A DNA stretch of 64,000 nucleotides from an uncultured Candidatus Saccharibacteria bacterium (GTDB taxonomy: Bacteria > Patescibacteriota > Minisyncoccia > Phycocordibacterales > CAZPGN01). Where the stretch lies: the NCBI GenBank assembly GCA_964586635.1, contig CAZPGN010000002.1, positions 17,368 through 81,367 on the forward strand. Reading direction: 5' to 3'. Below, piece by piece: positions 29,254 through 39,401 of this stretch. Below the pieces are notes generated by a model that saw nothing but the letters and a program-made list of their open reading frames with translations, was not told where the DNA came from and searched no databases. A program made the translations under genes and the position numbers. Position 1 is the stretch's first letter. Each line of letters starts with the position of its first letter.

Positions 29254-30027
29254 ATGCCGAGCAATTACTACAATCCTATCAGGAGGCGCAACCTGTATTC
29301 ACCGGAATCGAAAAAGCCATATCGCATCAGCCGTTCGAAGATAGAGAATTTTATTCATTGTCCGCGGTGTTTTTATCTCGATAGGCGTCTCGGCGTGAAT
29401 GAACCACAGGGGTATCCATTCAATCTGAATAAAGCGGTCGACACTCTGCTCAAGAAGGAATTCGATGTTAACCGAGCTTTAGGCGTCGCGCATCCTCTCA
29501 TGACTCACTACGGCATCGATGCGGTGCCGTTCGCCCATAAAAAACTTGATGAATGGCGAGAGAACTTCAAGGGCATTTGCGCGCTTCACGCGACGACGAA
29601 CCTTTTCGTGTGCGGGGCGGTAGATGATATTTGGAAGGGAAGCGACGGTTCTCTCATAGTCGTAGATTATAAGGCAACCGCAAAAGAAGGACCCGTGAGC
29701 CTTGATGCGCCGTGGCAGGATAGTTATAAGCGGCAAATGGAAATTTATCAATGGCTTCTTCGACAGAACGGATTTGTTGTTTCCGAGACAGGCTATTTTG
29801 TATATGTGAACGGAAGGGCAGATCGGGAAGCGTTTGACGGAAGGATCGAGTGTGATATCTCGATTCTCCCCTATCGTGGAAAAGATGATTGGATAGCGGG
29901 AACGCTCGCGTGCATTAAACAGACGCTTGATTCAGACATACTGCCGACGGCTAATGACGCCTGCGATTACTGCGCGTACCGCACTGCCGCCGCGGACGCA
30001 ATTAGAAATCTTGAAGAAAAACGATAA
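29254..30027 (+). CDS. PD-(D/E)XK nuclease family protein (RecB/Cas4-like)
   Basis: SRSKI..CPRCFY, GAVDD, VDYK, QMEIY, CDYC; start reassigned to ATG 29254. Confidence 0.87.
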   Translation: MPSNYYNPIRRRNLYSPESKKPYRISRSKIENFIHCPRCFYLDRRLGVNEPQGYPFNLNKAVDTLLKKEFDVNRALGVAHPLMTHYGIDAVPFAHKKLDEWRENFKGICALHATTNLFVCGAVDDIWKGSDGSLIVVDYKATAKEGPVSLDAPWQDSYKRQMEIYQWLLRQNGFVVSETGYFVYVNGRADREAFDGRIECDISILPYRGKDDWIAGTLACIKQTLDSDILPTANDACDYCAYRTAAADAIRNLEEKR

Positions 30028-30036
30028 TCAAAAATA

Positions 30037-30062
30037 AAAAGCCGCCCGTGCCGGCGGCTTTC
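30037..30062. terminator. Bidirectional terminator
   Basis: AAAAGCCGCC-CGTGCC-GGCGGCTTTC between convergent genes. Confidence 0.75.
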
Positions 30063-30088
30063 TATTTTGTAAGATAAGAGTTGCTGGA

Positions 30089-30487
30089 TTACGCGTTTGA
30101 CGGAGATCCCATCATGTCGTGCTTTGCACCCTTTGCGGCCATGAAGGCCCAAATTGCGACAACGAGGTGTATCAAGTTATCGAGCAATTCGAGGTTCGCT
30201 ACGTTGTAGTAGTTCAACGCGGGCGGCGCAGTCTGGGCTAGGAAAAAGCCCGCCACACCGAAATAAAGAGCCACTAAGCCGACAATGATAGTGAGCCACT
30301 TTTGCGCCATGTGTCCCAATGCGTATGCGGCCACAATGGCTACGATACCGAGGACAACATGGGTAATATTTTCGCCTCCGGTAAGCCAGAGCGCATTGCC
30401 AAGAAGCGGATCCGGCAACAAATAGCCGAGAACGCCGAGGAGGAGCAACACGACGCCCCCGATAAGCAGAAATTGTTTTGGATTCAT
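30089..30487 (-). CDS. 4-TM membrane protein (DUF4383-like)
   Basis: ENITHVVLG and DNLIHLV repeats in hydrophobic helices. Confidence 0.7.
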   Translation of the reverse strand: MNPKQFLLIGGVVLLLLGVLGYLLPDPLLGNALWLTGGENITHVVLGIVAIVAAYALGHMAQKWLTIIVGLVALYFGVAGFFLAQTAPPALNYYNVANLELLDNLIHLVVAIWAFMAAKGAKHDMMGSPSNA

Positions 30488-30689
30488 ACAATCAATAGAT
30501 TGGTTTGGTTGTTAGAATGTGAATGGAATACTTGACTTTTACCCATGCGCGTTACTTTATACGCACGGGACCGACCTTTGCTCCATTATACAGAACTTCT
30601 CGTTGTATATGGTTAAGTTATCAACAACGCTCGAAGGGTGAAATAATTGAAAAGTAGGCAGTATTGCGGCGCAAGGGTATACTCTCGAT

Positions 30690-31607
30690 ATGTCCCTACG
30701 CCCACGAAAGAATGAGCCGCTTGCGCGTCATACAACATTTGGCATTGCGGGAACGGCCGAGTATTTTGTCGAGGTTGATTCCGTCGCAGAACTCGAAGAG
30801 GCGATTTCGCATGCGCGCGAGCGAGGTTTGCAGGTGACAGTAATTGCCGGCGGGAGTAATGTGGTATGCGCGGAACGAGTGAGTGGGTTGGTGATAAAAC
30901 TTCTCATTAAAGGGCGAAGTATCGAGGGCTTGCGTGTCTGCATTGGCGCAGGCGAGACGCTGTTAGAAACGGTGAATGCGGCCAACTCGGCAGGTCTCCG
31001 TGGTCTTGAAACGCTCGCAGGCATTCCTGGAACAGTAGGCGGCGCCCTTGTGGGCAATGCCGGCGCGTATGGCACAGAGATTGGCCAAAATGTTGTTTCT
31101 ATAGAGGCGTATAACGGTTCGCGAGTTATCTCGATTCGAAAGAGCGAATGCGCCTTTTCCTACCGCAACAGCATTTTCAAAAAGCGCCGAGAGTATGTCA
31201 TCCTCTCCGTGATTTTTGAGCTTTGTCGCGGAGATGCCGCTACTCTGGCGCAAAAAAGCGCGGACATCATCAACCAGCGCGAACAAAAATATCCGCCTGG
31301 TTTGTTGTGTCCGGGAAGCTTTTTTAAGAACATACCGGCAGATAGCGTTCCTCCGTCTGTGTCAGCATGTTTACCCGAACGCGCGCTTGTCCACGGTAAA
31401 ATTGCCGTTGGATATTTGGTCGAGGCAGTTGGGGGCAGGGGATTATGCGTTGGTGGGGCCTGTGTTGCAGAATATCACGGCAATTTGCTTGTAAATATAG
31501 GAAACGCGACATTTGACGATGTCCGTCAACTCGCCGAGACGCTTCGCCAAAAGGTGCGAGAACGATTCGGAATTGAATTAGAGGAAGAAGTCAGGTACAT
31601 TTCATAG
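30690..31607 (+). CDS. murB: UDP-N-acetylmuramate dehydrogenase
   Basis: HTTFGIAG, GGSNV, GIPGTVGGA..NAGAYG, GSFFKN, LEEEV. Confidence 0.96.
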   Translation: MSLRPRKNEPLARHTTFGIAGTAEYFVEVDSVAELEEAISHARERGLQVTVIAGGSNVVCAERVSGLVIKLLIKGRSIEGLRVCIGAGETLLETVNAANSAGLRGLETLAGIPGTVGGALVGNAGAYGTEIGQNVVSIEAYNGSRVISIRKSECAFSYRNSIFKKRREYVILSVIFELCRGDAATLAQKSADIINQREQKYPPGLLCPGSFFKNIPADSVPPSVSACLPERALVHGKIAVGYLVEAVGGRGLCVGGACVAEYHGNLLVNIGNATFDDVRQLAETLRQKVRERFGIELEEEVRYIS

Positions 31608-31613
31608 TGTTCT

Positions 31614-33026
31614 ATGGCATATACCCCTACTATCGGTCTTGAGATACATGCGGAGTTGGCAACGAAAACCAAACTATTTTGCAATTCGAAAAATGATCCG
31701 GATGAGCGACGGCCTAATGTTAACATCTGCCCCGTGTGTATGGGCCACCCAGGCACATTGCCGGTTCTCAATAAAGAAGCAGTGCGGCAGGTCATTCGTG
31801 TCGGCACAGCGATCGGGGGGACGATAGCCGATTTCACCGAATTCGACCGAAAGAACTACTTTTATCCCGATATTCCGAAGGGGTATCAAATCACCCAGTA
31901 TGCATACCCGCTTGTTGTCGGCGGGGAGTTGCAGGATGTTTCTATAACTCGAGTTCATTTGGAAGAGGATACAGCGCGTTCTCAACATGGGGAAAGAGGA
32001 GAGAGCCTGCTGGACTTTAATCGCGCGGGCGTACCGCTCATGGAGCTTGTTACAGAGCCGGTTATACGAAGCGCGGAAGAAGCGAGTGCATTCGCTCGCG
32101 AACTCCAGTTGTTACTACGGTATTTAGGAGCATCTGAAGCGAATATGGATAAGGGAGAGATGCGCGTGGAGGCGAACATTTCAATCTCAAAAGACGGCGC
32201 ACGCGGGACAAAAGTGGAGATTAAAAATTTGAACTCCTTTCGCGCAGTTGAACGAGCTATCGCGTATGAGATGGAACGGCAAGAACGCATCCTTGAGTCA
32301 GGAGAAAAAGTCGCGCAAGAGACGCGCGGCTGGGATGAGGGGAAACAAAAAACTTTTTCCCAGCGAGTTAAGGAGAGCTCGCACGATTATCGTTATTTCC
32401 CCGACCCTGATGTGCCGAAATTGAAGATAAGTGAAGTTGCCGAGTTTCAGAATATTGCCGCAACTCTTCCCGAATTGCCTTCCGATAAACGCGCGCGATT
32501 GGGCGAAAAATTCGGCCTTGCCACCAAGATGGCGGAATATTTTGTTGGAGATGCCCTGGCATGCGCGTTTTTTGAGGAATCCATCGCGCCATTTGAGGAA
32601 GACGCAAAAAAAATTATGCTTGCGGCAAATTATCTTGTTTCAGATGTCGCAGGCCTAATGCAGAAAAAGGGAGATGGATACTCGAGCCTTAAATTCACGC
32701 CACTCGATTTCGCTTCCCTTGTCGAAATGATACATCGGCGCGAAATATCTTCTCGAGGTGCAAAGGATATCCTCGCGGCAATGTATGCTCGCGGGGGGAA
32801 ACCCGAATCCTTGGCGCGGGAACTGCATCTCTACCAACGGAGCAATCGCGATGAACTTGTGGAGCTTGCAAAAAAACTCATCGCTGAAGACCCGAAAATC
32901 GCCGCCGAATATCGGGCAGGTAAAACCCAAGCCATACAATTTTTCATAGGTCGCGGCATGAAAGAGACCAAGGGCTCCGCAAATCCGCAATTATTGAAAG
33001 AGGTATTCGAGGAAGCGTTACAATAA
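31614..33026 (+). CDS. gatB: Asp/Glu-tRNA amidotransferase subunit B
   Basis: IGLEIH, RKNYFYPD, HLEED, NRAGVPLME, YRYFPDPD. Confidence 0.98.
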   Translation: MAYTPTIGLEIHAELATKTKLFCNSKNDPDERRPNVNICPVCMGHPGTLPVLNKEAVRQVIRVGTAIGGTIADFTEFDRKNYFYPDIPKGYQITQYAYPLVVGGELQDVSITRVHLEEDTARSQHGERGESLLDFNRAGVPLMELVTEPVIRSAEEASAFARELQLLLRYLGASEANMDKGEMRVEANISISKDGARGTKVEIKNLNSFRAVERAIAYEMERQERILESGEKVAQETRGWDEGKQKTFSQRVKESSHDYRYFPDPDVPKLKISEVAEFQNIAATLPELPSDKRARLGEKFGLATKMAEYFVGDALACAFFEESIAPFEEDAKKIMLAANYLVSDVAGLMQKKGDGYSSLKFTPLDFASLVEMIHRREISSRGAKDILAAMYARGGKPESLARELHLYQRSNRDELVELAKKLIAEDPKIAAEYRAGKTQAIQFFIGRGMKETKGSANPQLLKEVFEEALQ

Positions 33027-35956
33027 TGCGAACGGAAAACAGCGAACAGCAATTTCGCTCATTCTATGAGCGACTGAATGCGCGTCAGCGCGATGCAGTA
33101 GATACGATCGAGGGGCCAGTTATGGTAGTCGCGGGACCAGGTACGGGTAAGACGCAAATCCTGACACTGCGTATCGCGAATATACTACGCCTCACTGACA
33201 CCCCGCCCGACGCGATACTCGCGCTTACTTTCACAAACGCGGGGGTATTTGCGATGCGTGAGCGACTGCTTAGCATCGTCGGGACAGTGGCCCACCGTGT
33301 GCGAATTCATACATTCCATAGTTTCTGCAACGAAACGATAGAGCGGTACCCCGAATACTTCCCTCGTATCATTGGAGGCAGGCATGCGAGTGAGCCGGTG
33401 AGACATAAAATCATCGAGAAGATTCTCGACGGTCACCCCTTCACCGTTATTCGTCCTGCAGGCGACCCGCAGTATTATGTGAGGGGTATTGCTTCGGCCT
33501 TGAGTGAACTGAAGCGGGAGCTTGTTTCTCCCGAACGACTCTCGGAAATTCTAGATGAACGCAAGCGGTTGCTCGCAGAAGATCCGAATGCTTGCCATGA
33601 AAAAGGGCGCTATGCAGGCCAGTTGACGGGTGCGCACAGAGACAGTCTTCGTCAGCTTGAAAAGACAAGAGAACTACTTGCGGCGTACTGTGCCTATGAG
33701 GCCACTCTTGCTGAAGAGCACCTGTACGATTTCGACGACATGATCGGCGAGGTCGCCGAGGCGCTCCAATCGAACACGGAGTTTCGACTCATCGCGCAAG
33801 AACAGCATCAGTATATTCTCGCCGATGAACATCAGGACGCAAACGATTCGCAGAACCGCATCCTCGATTTGCTCGCCCAGTTCTATGAATCACCGAACCT
33901 TTTCGTTGTTGGCGACACGAAACAAGCAATATATCGATTTCAGGGCGCTTCAGTCGAGAATTTCCGCCGTTTTACAGAGCGTTATCCGTCAGCGCGCGTC
34001 ATTACACTCGAGGAAAACTATCGTTCTCACCAAACAATTCTCGATGCCGCGCATGATCTTATTTCCGAAAACCATCTTATCGCAAAGAGCCCCCATGCAA
34101 TTGTCCCAATAAGAGTTATAGCGAACGCATCACCTGACCACGAATACGCATTTTTGGCGGGTCATATCGCAGGCCGAATTTCAGCGGGAGCGAAGCCGTG
34201 CGAGATCGCCGTAATGTATCGCAACAATGCAGACGCCGCTGGCATTGCGCGCTCTCTCGAACAGCGTGGCGTGGCGACCGTTGTGGAATCAACACAAGAT
34301 CTGTTTGCCGACCCCGCAATCCGATTATTGCGACTGTTACTTCAATACGCGGTTTCCTTTGGAGACGATGTTTTGCTTGCGGAGGTGCTCTATGCTCCAT
34401 TCCTTCGGATCGAGCCGACACGGGCGCATGAGCTTGTGCGGGAAGCGCGCGAACAGCGCGTTCGTCTGCACGATGTGGTGCAAAAAAATGAGCCAGACTT
34501 ATTTCGCCAATTCGCTCGATGGAAGGAACATGCGTATACGCGCCCCGTTCTCGACGCGTTTGCGGAAATATTTGCAGAATCTGGTTTCCGCGATTTCGCA
34601 CTCGGCAATGATCGCGCGCGAGAACTGCTCGACAGCGCCGAAAGTTTGTTCACGATAGTGCGCGGCGTGGCGGCATATTCGCCTCGTAGTACGCTTGCAG
34701 ATGCCCTCCAGTTGTTGGACACCGCGGAGTCATACCGGCTTCTTGGCAAGGAGTATGAGGGCGATATTTCGCAGAGAGTGCGTCTCATGACCGCGCATCG
34801 CGCCAAGGGTCGAGAATTTGATTTCGTGTATATCGCTCATGCGACAGAACGGAAATGGTCAGGTTCCGGAGGCGGCAAGAAATTCATTTTGCCGATATAC
34901 AACGGACGCAGTGAGAATGTAGAACAGCTCGATGACGAACGGCGACTCTTTTATGTTGCGCTTACCCGTGCGCGTAAGGATGTTGCAATCAGTTATTCCG
35001 AAACTCGCGAGGATGGTTCACCCGAGCTACCATGTGAATTTCTAGAGGCAGTGCGCGAGCGGTGCGTTATTTCTGCTGGGACACCGGCGCCGATCGACCG
35101 ATTGCTCCCCGTCAGTCGCCAAGGGCCATCGCTTGGCGAACGGGAGTATATTGCGGATCTCTTTCGCCGCCGCGGGCTTTCGGCGACATCTCTCAATAAT
35201 TACCTTGAATGCCCATGGAAGTATTTTTTTATGAGTCTTGTTCGCATTCCGGATGCGAAAACCCCTGTTATGCTATATGGAACCGCCGTACACGGCGCTC
35301 TCAAAGATTTTTTTGACGCTTTGGCGGTCGAGCCTGCTCGCGACCCGGGATCTCAAATGCTCATGGCTTCGTTTGCCCGCCGCCTCGAAATCCAGCCGAT
35401 GGTCGAGAGCGATTTCTGCGCTTATATGGATAAAGGCTCAAATGCGCTCCGCGGATATTGGGAGACATATGAAAGTACATGGCATACACCAGCGCTTACC
35501 GAGTACCGAGTTGGCGGATATGAGCTTGTAAATGGAATAACGCTAACGGGCTCGCTCGATAAAATTGAGCTTCTCTCCGGTGGCGCCGTAATCGTGGTTG
35601 ATTACAAGACAAAAAAACCTGAAAGCCGGAATGCAATCGAGGGAAAAACAAAGGGAAGCAGTGGCAACATGAAGCGACAGCTCGTTTTCTATAAACTGCT
35701 TCTTGAGGGGTATGCGGGAGACAAATTTCGTATGGAAGCTGGCGAGATCGATTTTATAGAGCCGAACGATTCGGGAAAGTACAAAAAAGAGCGGTTTCTA
35801 ATATCGAATGGGGAAGTTGATGAACTTCGGGAAACAATTTCGCGCGTTGGAGACGAGATAGTTAATGCTTCGTTTTTTGATTCCAATTGCGGAGACGAGA
35901 AGTGCCGTTTTTGCGCTCTTGGCGAGGCGATGAAAATGAGCGGTGTGAAAAAATGA
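33026..35956 (+). CDS. UvrD/PcrA-like helicase fused to a C-terminal PD-(D/E)XK nuclease (AdnAB/AddA-like)
   Basis: AGPGTGKT, DEHQD, QAIYRFQG, ENYRS, ERRLFYVALTRA; then ECPWKY, DKIE, VDYKT, C..CRFC. Confidence 0.9.
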   Translation: MRTENSEQQFRSFYERLNARQRDAVDTIEGPVMVVAGPGTGKTQILTLRIANILRLTDTPPDAILALTFTNAGVFAMRERLLSIVGTVAHRVRIHTFHSFCNETIERYPEYFPRIIGGRHASEPVRHKIIEKILDGHPFTVIRPAGDPQYYVRGIASALSELKRELVSPERLSEILDERKRLLAEDPNACHEKGRYAGQLTGAHRDSLRQLEKTRELLAAYCAYEATLAEEHLYDFDDMIGEVAEALQSNTEFRLIAQEQHQYILADEHQDANDSQNRILDLLAQFYESPNLFVVGDTKQAIYRFQGASVENFRRFTERYPSARVITLEENYRSHQTILDAAHDLISENHLIAKSPHAIVPIRVIANASPDHEYAFLAGHIAGRISAGAKPCEIAVMYRNNADAAGIARSLEQRGVATVVESTQDLFADPAIRLLRLLLQYAVSFGDDVLLAEVLYAPFLRIEPTRAHELVREAREQRVRLHDVVQKNEPDLFRQFARWKEHAYTRPVLDAFAEIFAESGFRDFALGNDRARELLDSAESLFTIVRGVAAYSPRSTLADALQLLDTAESYRLLGKEYEGDISQRVRLMTAHRAKGREFDFVYIAHATERKWSGSGGGKKFILPIYNGRSENVEQLDDERRLFYVALTRARKDVAISYSETREDGSPELPCEFLEAVRERCVISAGTPAPIDRLLPVSRQGPSLGEREYIADLFRRRGLSATSLNNYLECPWKYFFMSLVRIPDAKTPVMLYGTAVHGALKDFFDALAVEPARDPGSQMLMASFARRLEIQPMVESDFCAYMDKGSNALRGYWETYESTWHTPALTEYRVGGYELVNGITLTGSLDKIELLSGGAVIVVDYKTKKPESRNAIEGKTKGSSGNMKRQLVFYKLLLEGYAGDKFRMEAGEIDFIEPNDSGKYKKERFLISNGEVDELRETISRVGDEIVNASFFDSNCGDEKCRFCALGEAMKMSGVKK

Positions 35957-35958
35957 AA

Positions 35959-35993
35959 TGGCCCGAGATTGCGCTTTGCGCAATCTCGGGCCA
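35959..35993. terminator. Perfect 16-bp inverted repeat between convergent units
   Basis: TGGCCCGAGATTGCGC-TTT-GCGCAATCTCGGGCCA. Confidence 0.7.
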
Positions 35994-36295
35994 CGGGAGG
36001 CGTGCAACAGGTTTACGATGCTTTATATTTTTCCGCGCTTGCGCGGATTTCGAGCACTGCATGGTGGATGAGTTCCATGCAGTACAGAAATCCCGCGCAC
36101 TGAAGCGCGACGCGGCCCAGCTCGATGTCGAGCAGATAGGCCACGACGATCACTACAGTAAAGCGCGGTAGGAGAATTTTTCCGAAATATTCTCGATACT
36201 CCCTTCTTGAGAACAACGATGCACCCCTCCAGATGCTATTGCAGAGAACAAAAGGAACTCGAAAGGTTCCTTGCAAAAGAATGATAACAAGACAA

Positions 36296-37459
36296 TTACT
36301 TTGTGTCAATGAGCGAAACGCTGAAAGTTATCCCCAATAGCATGAGACCGCCCAATATGAGGAAGAGTATATTATATGGCAAAAAGCTAATTACGAGCGA
36401 ACCGACCAATGGCCCCGCAATAAAGGCGAGCGGGCGGGAATCGCGAAACACGCTGATTATGTCTGTATCCTCCGCTCCGACGTGCTTGAAAAAGTAACTC
36501 TCGTTCATTACTTCAACGGCGCTTGCGCCGACGCGCGTCGCGAAGAGCGCCGCGGCCCAGATACCAAATGCGCTCGTACCGATGAACGCAAGCGATATAG
36601 TGGCGAGTCCCATGACGCAAAATCCGGCAGTCAGTATCTCTTTTTCGCCAAGCCATCTGTCGGCGATTCGCCCGAGCGGATACTGCAGTATGACGAACGG
36701 CATGAGCATGATCGAAAATATTGCGCCGATTTGTGACCATGAAAATCCGATATACTGACTCAAATAAATAGGCGTGTAAATCACCATCCAGGAATAGAAG
36801 AACTCGAGGAGAAAAGTTGCCCCAAAAATGTTCGCTAAGTTAGGATCGTCCCATACCCGTTTCAGCGAATAGCCAAAGGGAACTTGTCGATAGGGAATGT
36901 CGGCTACGCCGCGAAGTCTTGTCGCAACGATCGCGATCGTTGGGATTATGAGCAGTGCGGAGACGAAAAACACGCGCTCATACTGGCTGTCGGTCAGTAT
37001 TTTGCCGACGAGATATGGTGATATGAAGACGGCGACATTGAGCAAGGTGAGGAACACGCCGCGGAGAGCCCCTGTTTTTTTATCCACGGAGAACTTTTCC
37101 AGGTACACATCGAGATCGAGACGCAGAAACAACGTAGCGACAGACAGCGCGAGAAAGAGAGTCAGAACTAACCACGCGGTGTCGATAAAGGCGAGCCCGG
37201 CAACCGCGCCGATATTGAGCGCAAGGAATGCGAGCGTGGTGCGGAATTGTCCGAATCGCCCTAATAACGCGGATGACTTGGACAGGACGAGTATTCCGAG
37301 TAATGAACCGATACCGTAGAGAACCCCAACGAATTCTGTATCAATAAAGCGCGCGAGAAACGACGATGTAATGTAGAGAGTGAATGCGTTGTGAACAGTG
37401 TAGAAGAAGCTTGCGGCATATATCGCAAGCCGCGCGCTTTTTCCCGTGTTCGAATTCAT
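36296..37459 (-). CDS. MFS transporter
   Basis: About 12 TM helices, GRIADRWLG motif; start ATG 37459 inferred. Confidence 0.9.
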   Translation of the reverse strand: MNSNTGKSARLAIYAASFFYTVHNAFTLYITSSFLARFIDTEFVGVLYGIGSLLGILVLSKSSALLGRFGQFRTTLAFLALNIGAVAGLAFIDTAWLVLTLFLALSVATLFLRLDLDVYLEKFSVDKKTGALRGVFLTLLNVAVFISPYLVGKILTDSQYERVFFVSALLIIPTIAIVATRLRGVADIPYRQVPFGYSLKRVWDDPNLANIFGATFLLEFFYSWMVIYTPIYLSQYIGFSWSQIGAIFSIMLMPFVILQYPLGRIADRWLGEKEILTAGFCVMGLATISLAFIGTSAFGIWAAALFATRVGASAVEVMNESYFFKHVGAEDTDIISVFRDSRPLAFIAGPLVGSLVISFLPYNILFLILGGLMLLGITFSVSLIDTK

Positions 37460-37472
37460 ATGAGCGATTATA

Positions 37473-39332
37473 TTACACTTCAAGCAGAACGGGTATGACA
37501 ATGGGGCGCTTGCCGGTCTCTTGAAAGAGCGTTTTACTCACCTTGTCGCGGACAGTGTTCTTGACGAAGTCAAAGTTCACTGGATGCATTTCCGAGACGG
37601 ATTTTTCGATTGTCTTCCGAACGAGTGCGCGGATGGTTCGGAGCAATTCCTGCGACTCTTTGAGATAAATGAAACCGCGAGAAATAATATCCGGTGATTG
37701 CCGTACGCGGCCAGTGCCCTTCTCGACGCTCGCAATTATGACGAACATGCCTTCTTGCGCGAGCAGTTTCCGATCGCGGATCACTATTTCATTAATGTCG
37801 CCGCCCGCGATGGCGTCCACCATGACAGATTCAGCCGAAACCTTCTTTGGCAGCATGACTATCTTTGAGCCATTGTCGACGATCTCGATGACCGAACCAT
37901 TGTCGGGGACAACAATGTGTGATTTCGGCATCACTTCGGAAGCCAACTCCGCATGCACGCGCAGGAATTGATGATACCCATGGACTGGGACGAAGAATCT
38001 CGGTTTGATTTCTTGATGGATCCAGCGCGTTTCATCCGCATTGGCATGTCCCGACGAATGGACATCCGCAACTCGGTAGTGCAATATTCGCGCTCCCTGT
38101 CTGGCGAGATTGTCCTTTAGCCGTTGCACATCTTTCTCGTTTCCCGGGATAACGGAAGAGGAAAGAAGAACGGTATCCCCCGGGCGCAGCTTCATGGTCT
38201 TGTGTTCTTTCTGCGCCATGCGCATGAGCGCGGCGTAACGGTCGCCTTGCGCTCCCGTTGCCAACACAATAATTTTGCTGTCGGGATACGTCGCCGAATC
38301 CTGCGCCGAAACAATGGTCGTATCTTGTACTTTGAGAATGCCGAGCTCGCGGGCGATTGCAATGTTGTTTTGCATACTTCTGCCTTCGATGACGACCTTT
38401 TTTCCAAGTTTTTCCGCTGTTTCCATGATAAAGATGATGCGCTCGAGAAGCGAGGCAAATGTGCCAACGATGAGCCGCCCATCAGTTTCTTTGATTATTT
38501 TCACGATATTTTCATGCACAACGCGCTCGGAGAATGACCATCCAGGGCGCTCGATGTTGGTCGAATCTGCGAGAAGAAGCAGGTTCTTCTCTCTACCCAG
38601 CGCTCCAAAAGTTTGCACCTCATGCGCGAGTGGGATTCCCTCATTGTGGTCGACTTTTAGGTCGCCCGTGAAAATGATATTCCCCCACAAAGTTTCAATA
38701 ATGATACCCATTGCGTCCGGTATAGTATGTGTTACATAGAAGCATCGCACGCCGATTTGGTCGCCGAAAACAAGCCTCGTATCTTTTTCAATGATGTTGA
38801 TATTAAGTTTGGGCAGGTGTGGGAATTCTTCTTGCCGCTTTTGTATCATTATTGAAGTCAGGAGTCTGGTGAATATCGGCGGATTGCCAAGACGATCCAT
38901 GATATATGGGATACCCCCGATGTGGTCGAGGTGTCCATGCGTGATGAATACGGCACGGATCTTATCCTTGCGTTCGATCAGATAGGAAATGTCGGGGATA
39001 ATATAATCAACGCCCGGCATACTCTCCTCGTCAGGGAATTGGAATCCCATGTCCACGATGATGATGGAGTCCTTGTACTCCACGACCGTCATGTTTTTTC
39101 CGACTTCTTCAACGCCGCCAAGCGGGATAATGCGAACGCGGTCATACAGGCCCTCGGTTGGGACGGTTCCGTGGTCGCCCGTGCGGTCTCGGTCTCGTAT
39201 TGGCCGCGGGCGCCGCAATGGACTGCGGTTTTGAGGCCGCGGACTCCCTGATGGGCGCGACCGCCTAAATGGCGCCCGCGATGGGCGGCCTCGGTGGGTC
39301 GGTTGCGATGATTTTATTTCTGTTTCGGTCAT
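37473..39332 (-). CDS. rnj: Ribonuclease J with Arg/Pro-rich N-terminal extension
   Basis: PLGGVEEVGKNM, THGHLDHIG, HSSGH, PVHG; start at 39332 inferred. Confidence 0.96.
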   Translation of the reverse strand: MTETEIKSSQPTHRGRPSRAPFRRSRPSGSPRPQNRSPLRRPRPIRDRDRTGDHGTVPTEGLYDRVRIIPLGGVEEVGKNMTVVEYKDSIIIVDMGFQFPDEESMPGVDYIIPDISYLIERKDKIRAVFITHGHLDHIGGIPYIMDRLGNPPIFTRLLTSIMIQKRQEEFPHLPKLNINIIEKDTRLVFGDQIGVRCFYVTHTIPDAMGIIIETLWGNIIFTGDLKVDHNEGIPLAHEVQTFGALGREKNLLLLADSTNIERPGWSFSERVVHENIVKIIKETDGRLIVGTFASLLERIIFIMETAEKLGKKVVIEGRSMQNNIAIARELGILKVQDTTIVSAQDSATYPDSKIIVLATGAQGDRYAALMRMAQKEHKTMKLRPGDTVLLSSSVIPGNEKDVQRLKDNLARQGARILHYRVADVHSSGHANADETRWIHQEIKPRFFVPVHGYHQFLRVHAELASEVMPKSHIVVPDNGSVIEIVDNGSKIVMLPKKVSAESVMVDAIAGGDINEIVIRDRKLLAQEGMFVIIASVEKGTGRVRQSPDIISRGFIYLKESQELLRTIRALVRKTIEKSVSEMHPVNFDFVKNTVRDKVSKTLFQETGKRPIVIPVLLEV

Positions 39333-39401
39333 ATCTAATGTATTGCAGACGAGTTTTTTTGTGTCGCCCGCCAAATTAATTGGTTATAATTTCATTGTTT
39401 G

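Noticed and set aside
29254-30027. cas4 of a CRISPR locus
   Set aside because: No other cas genes or array are present; solo PD-(D/E)XK nucleases are common.
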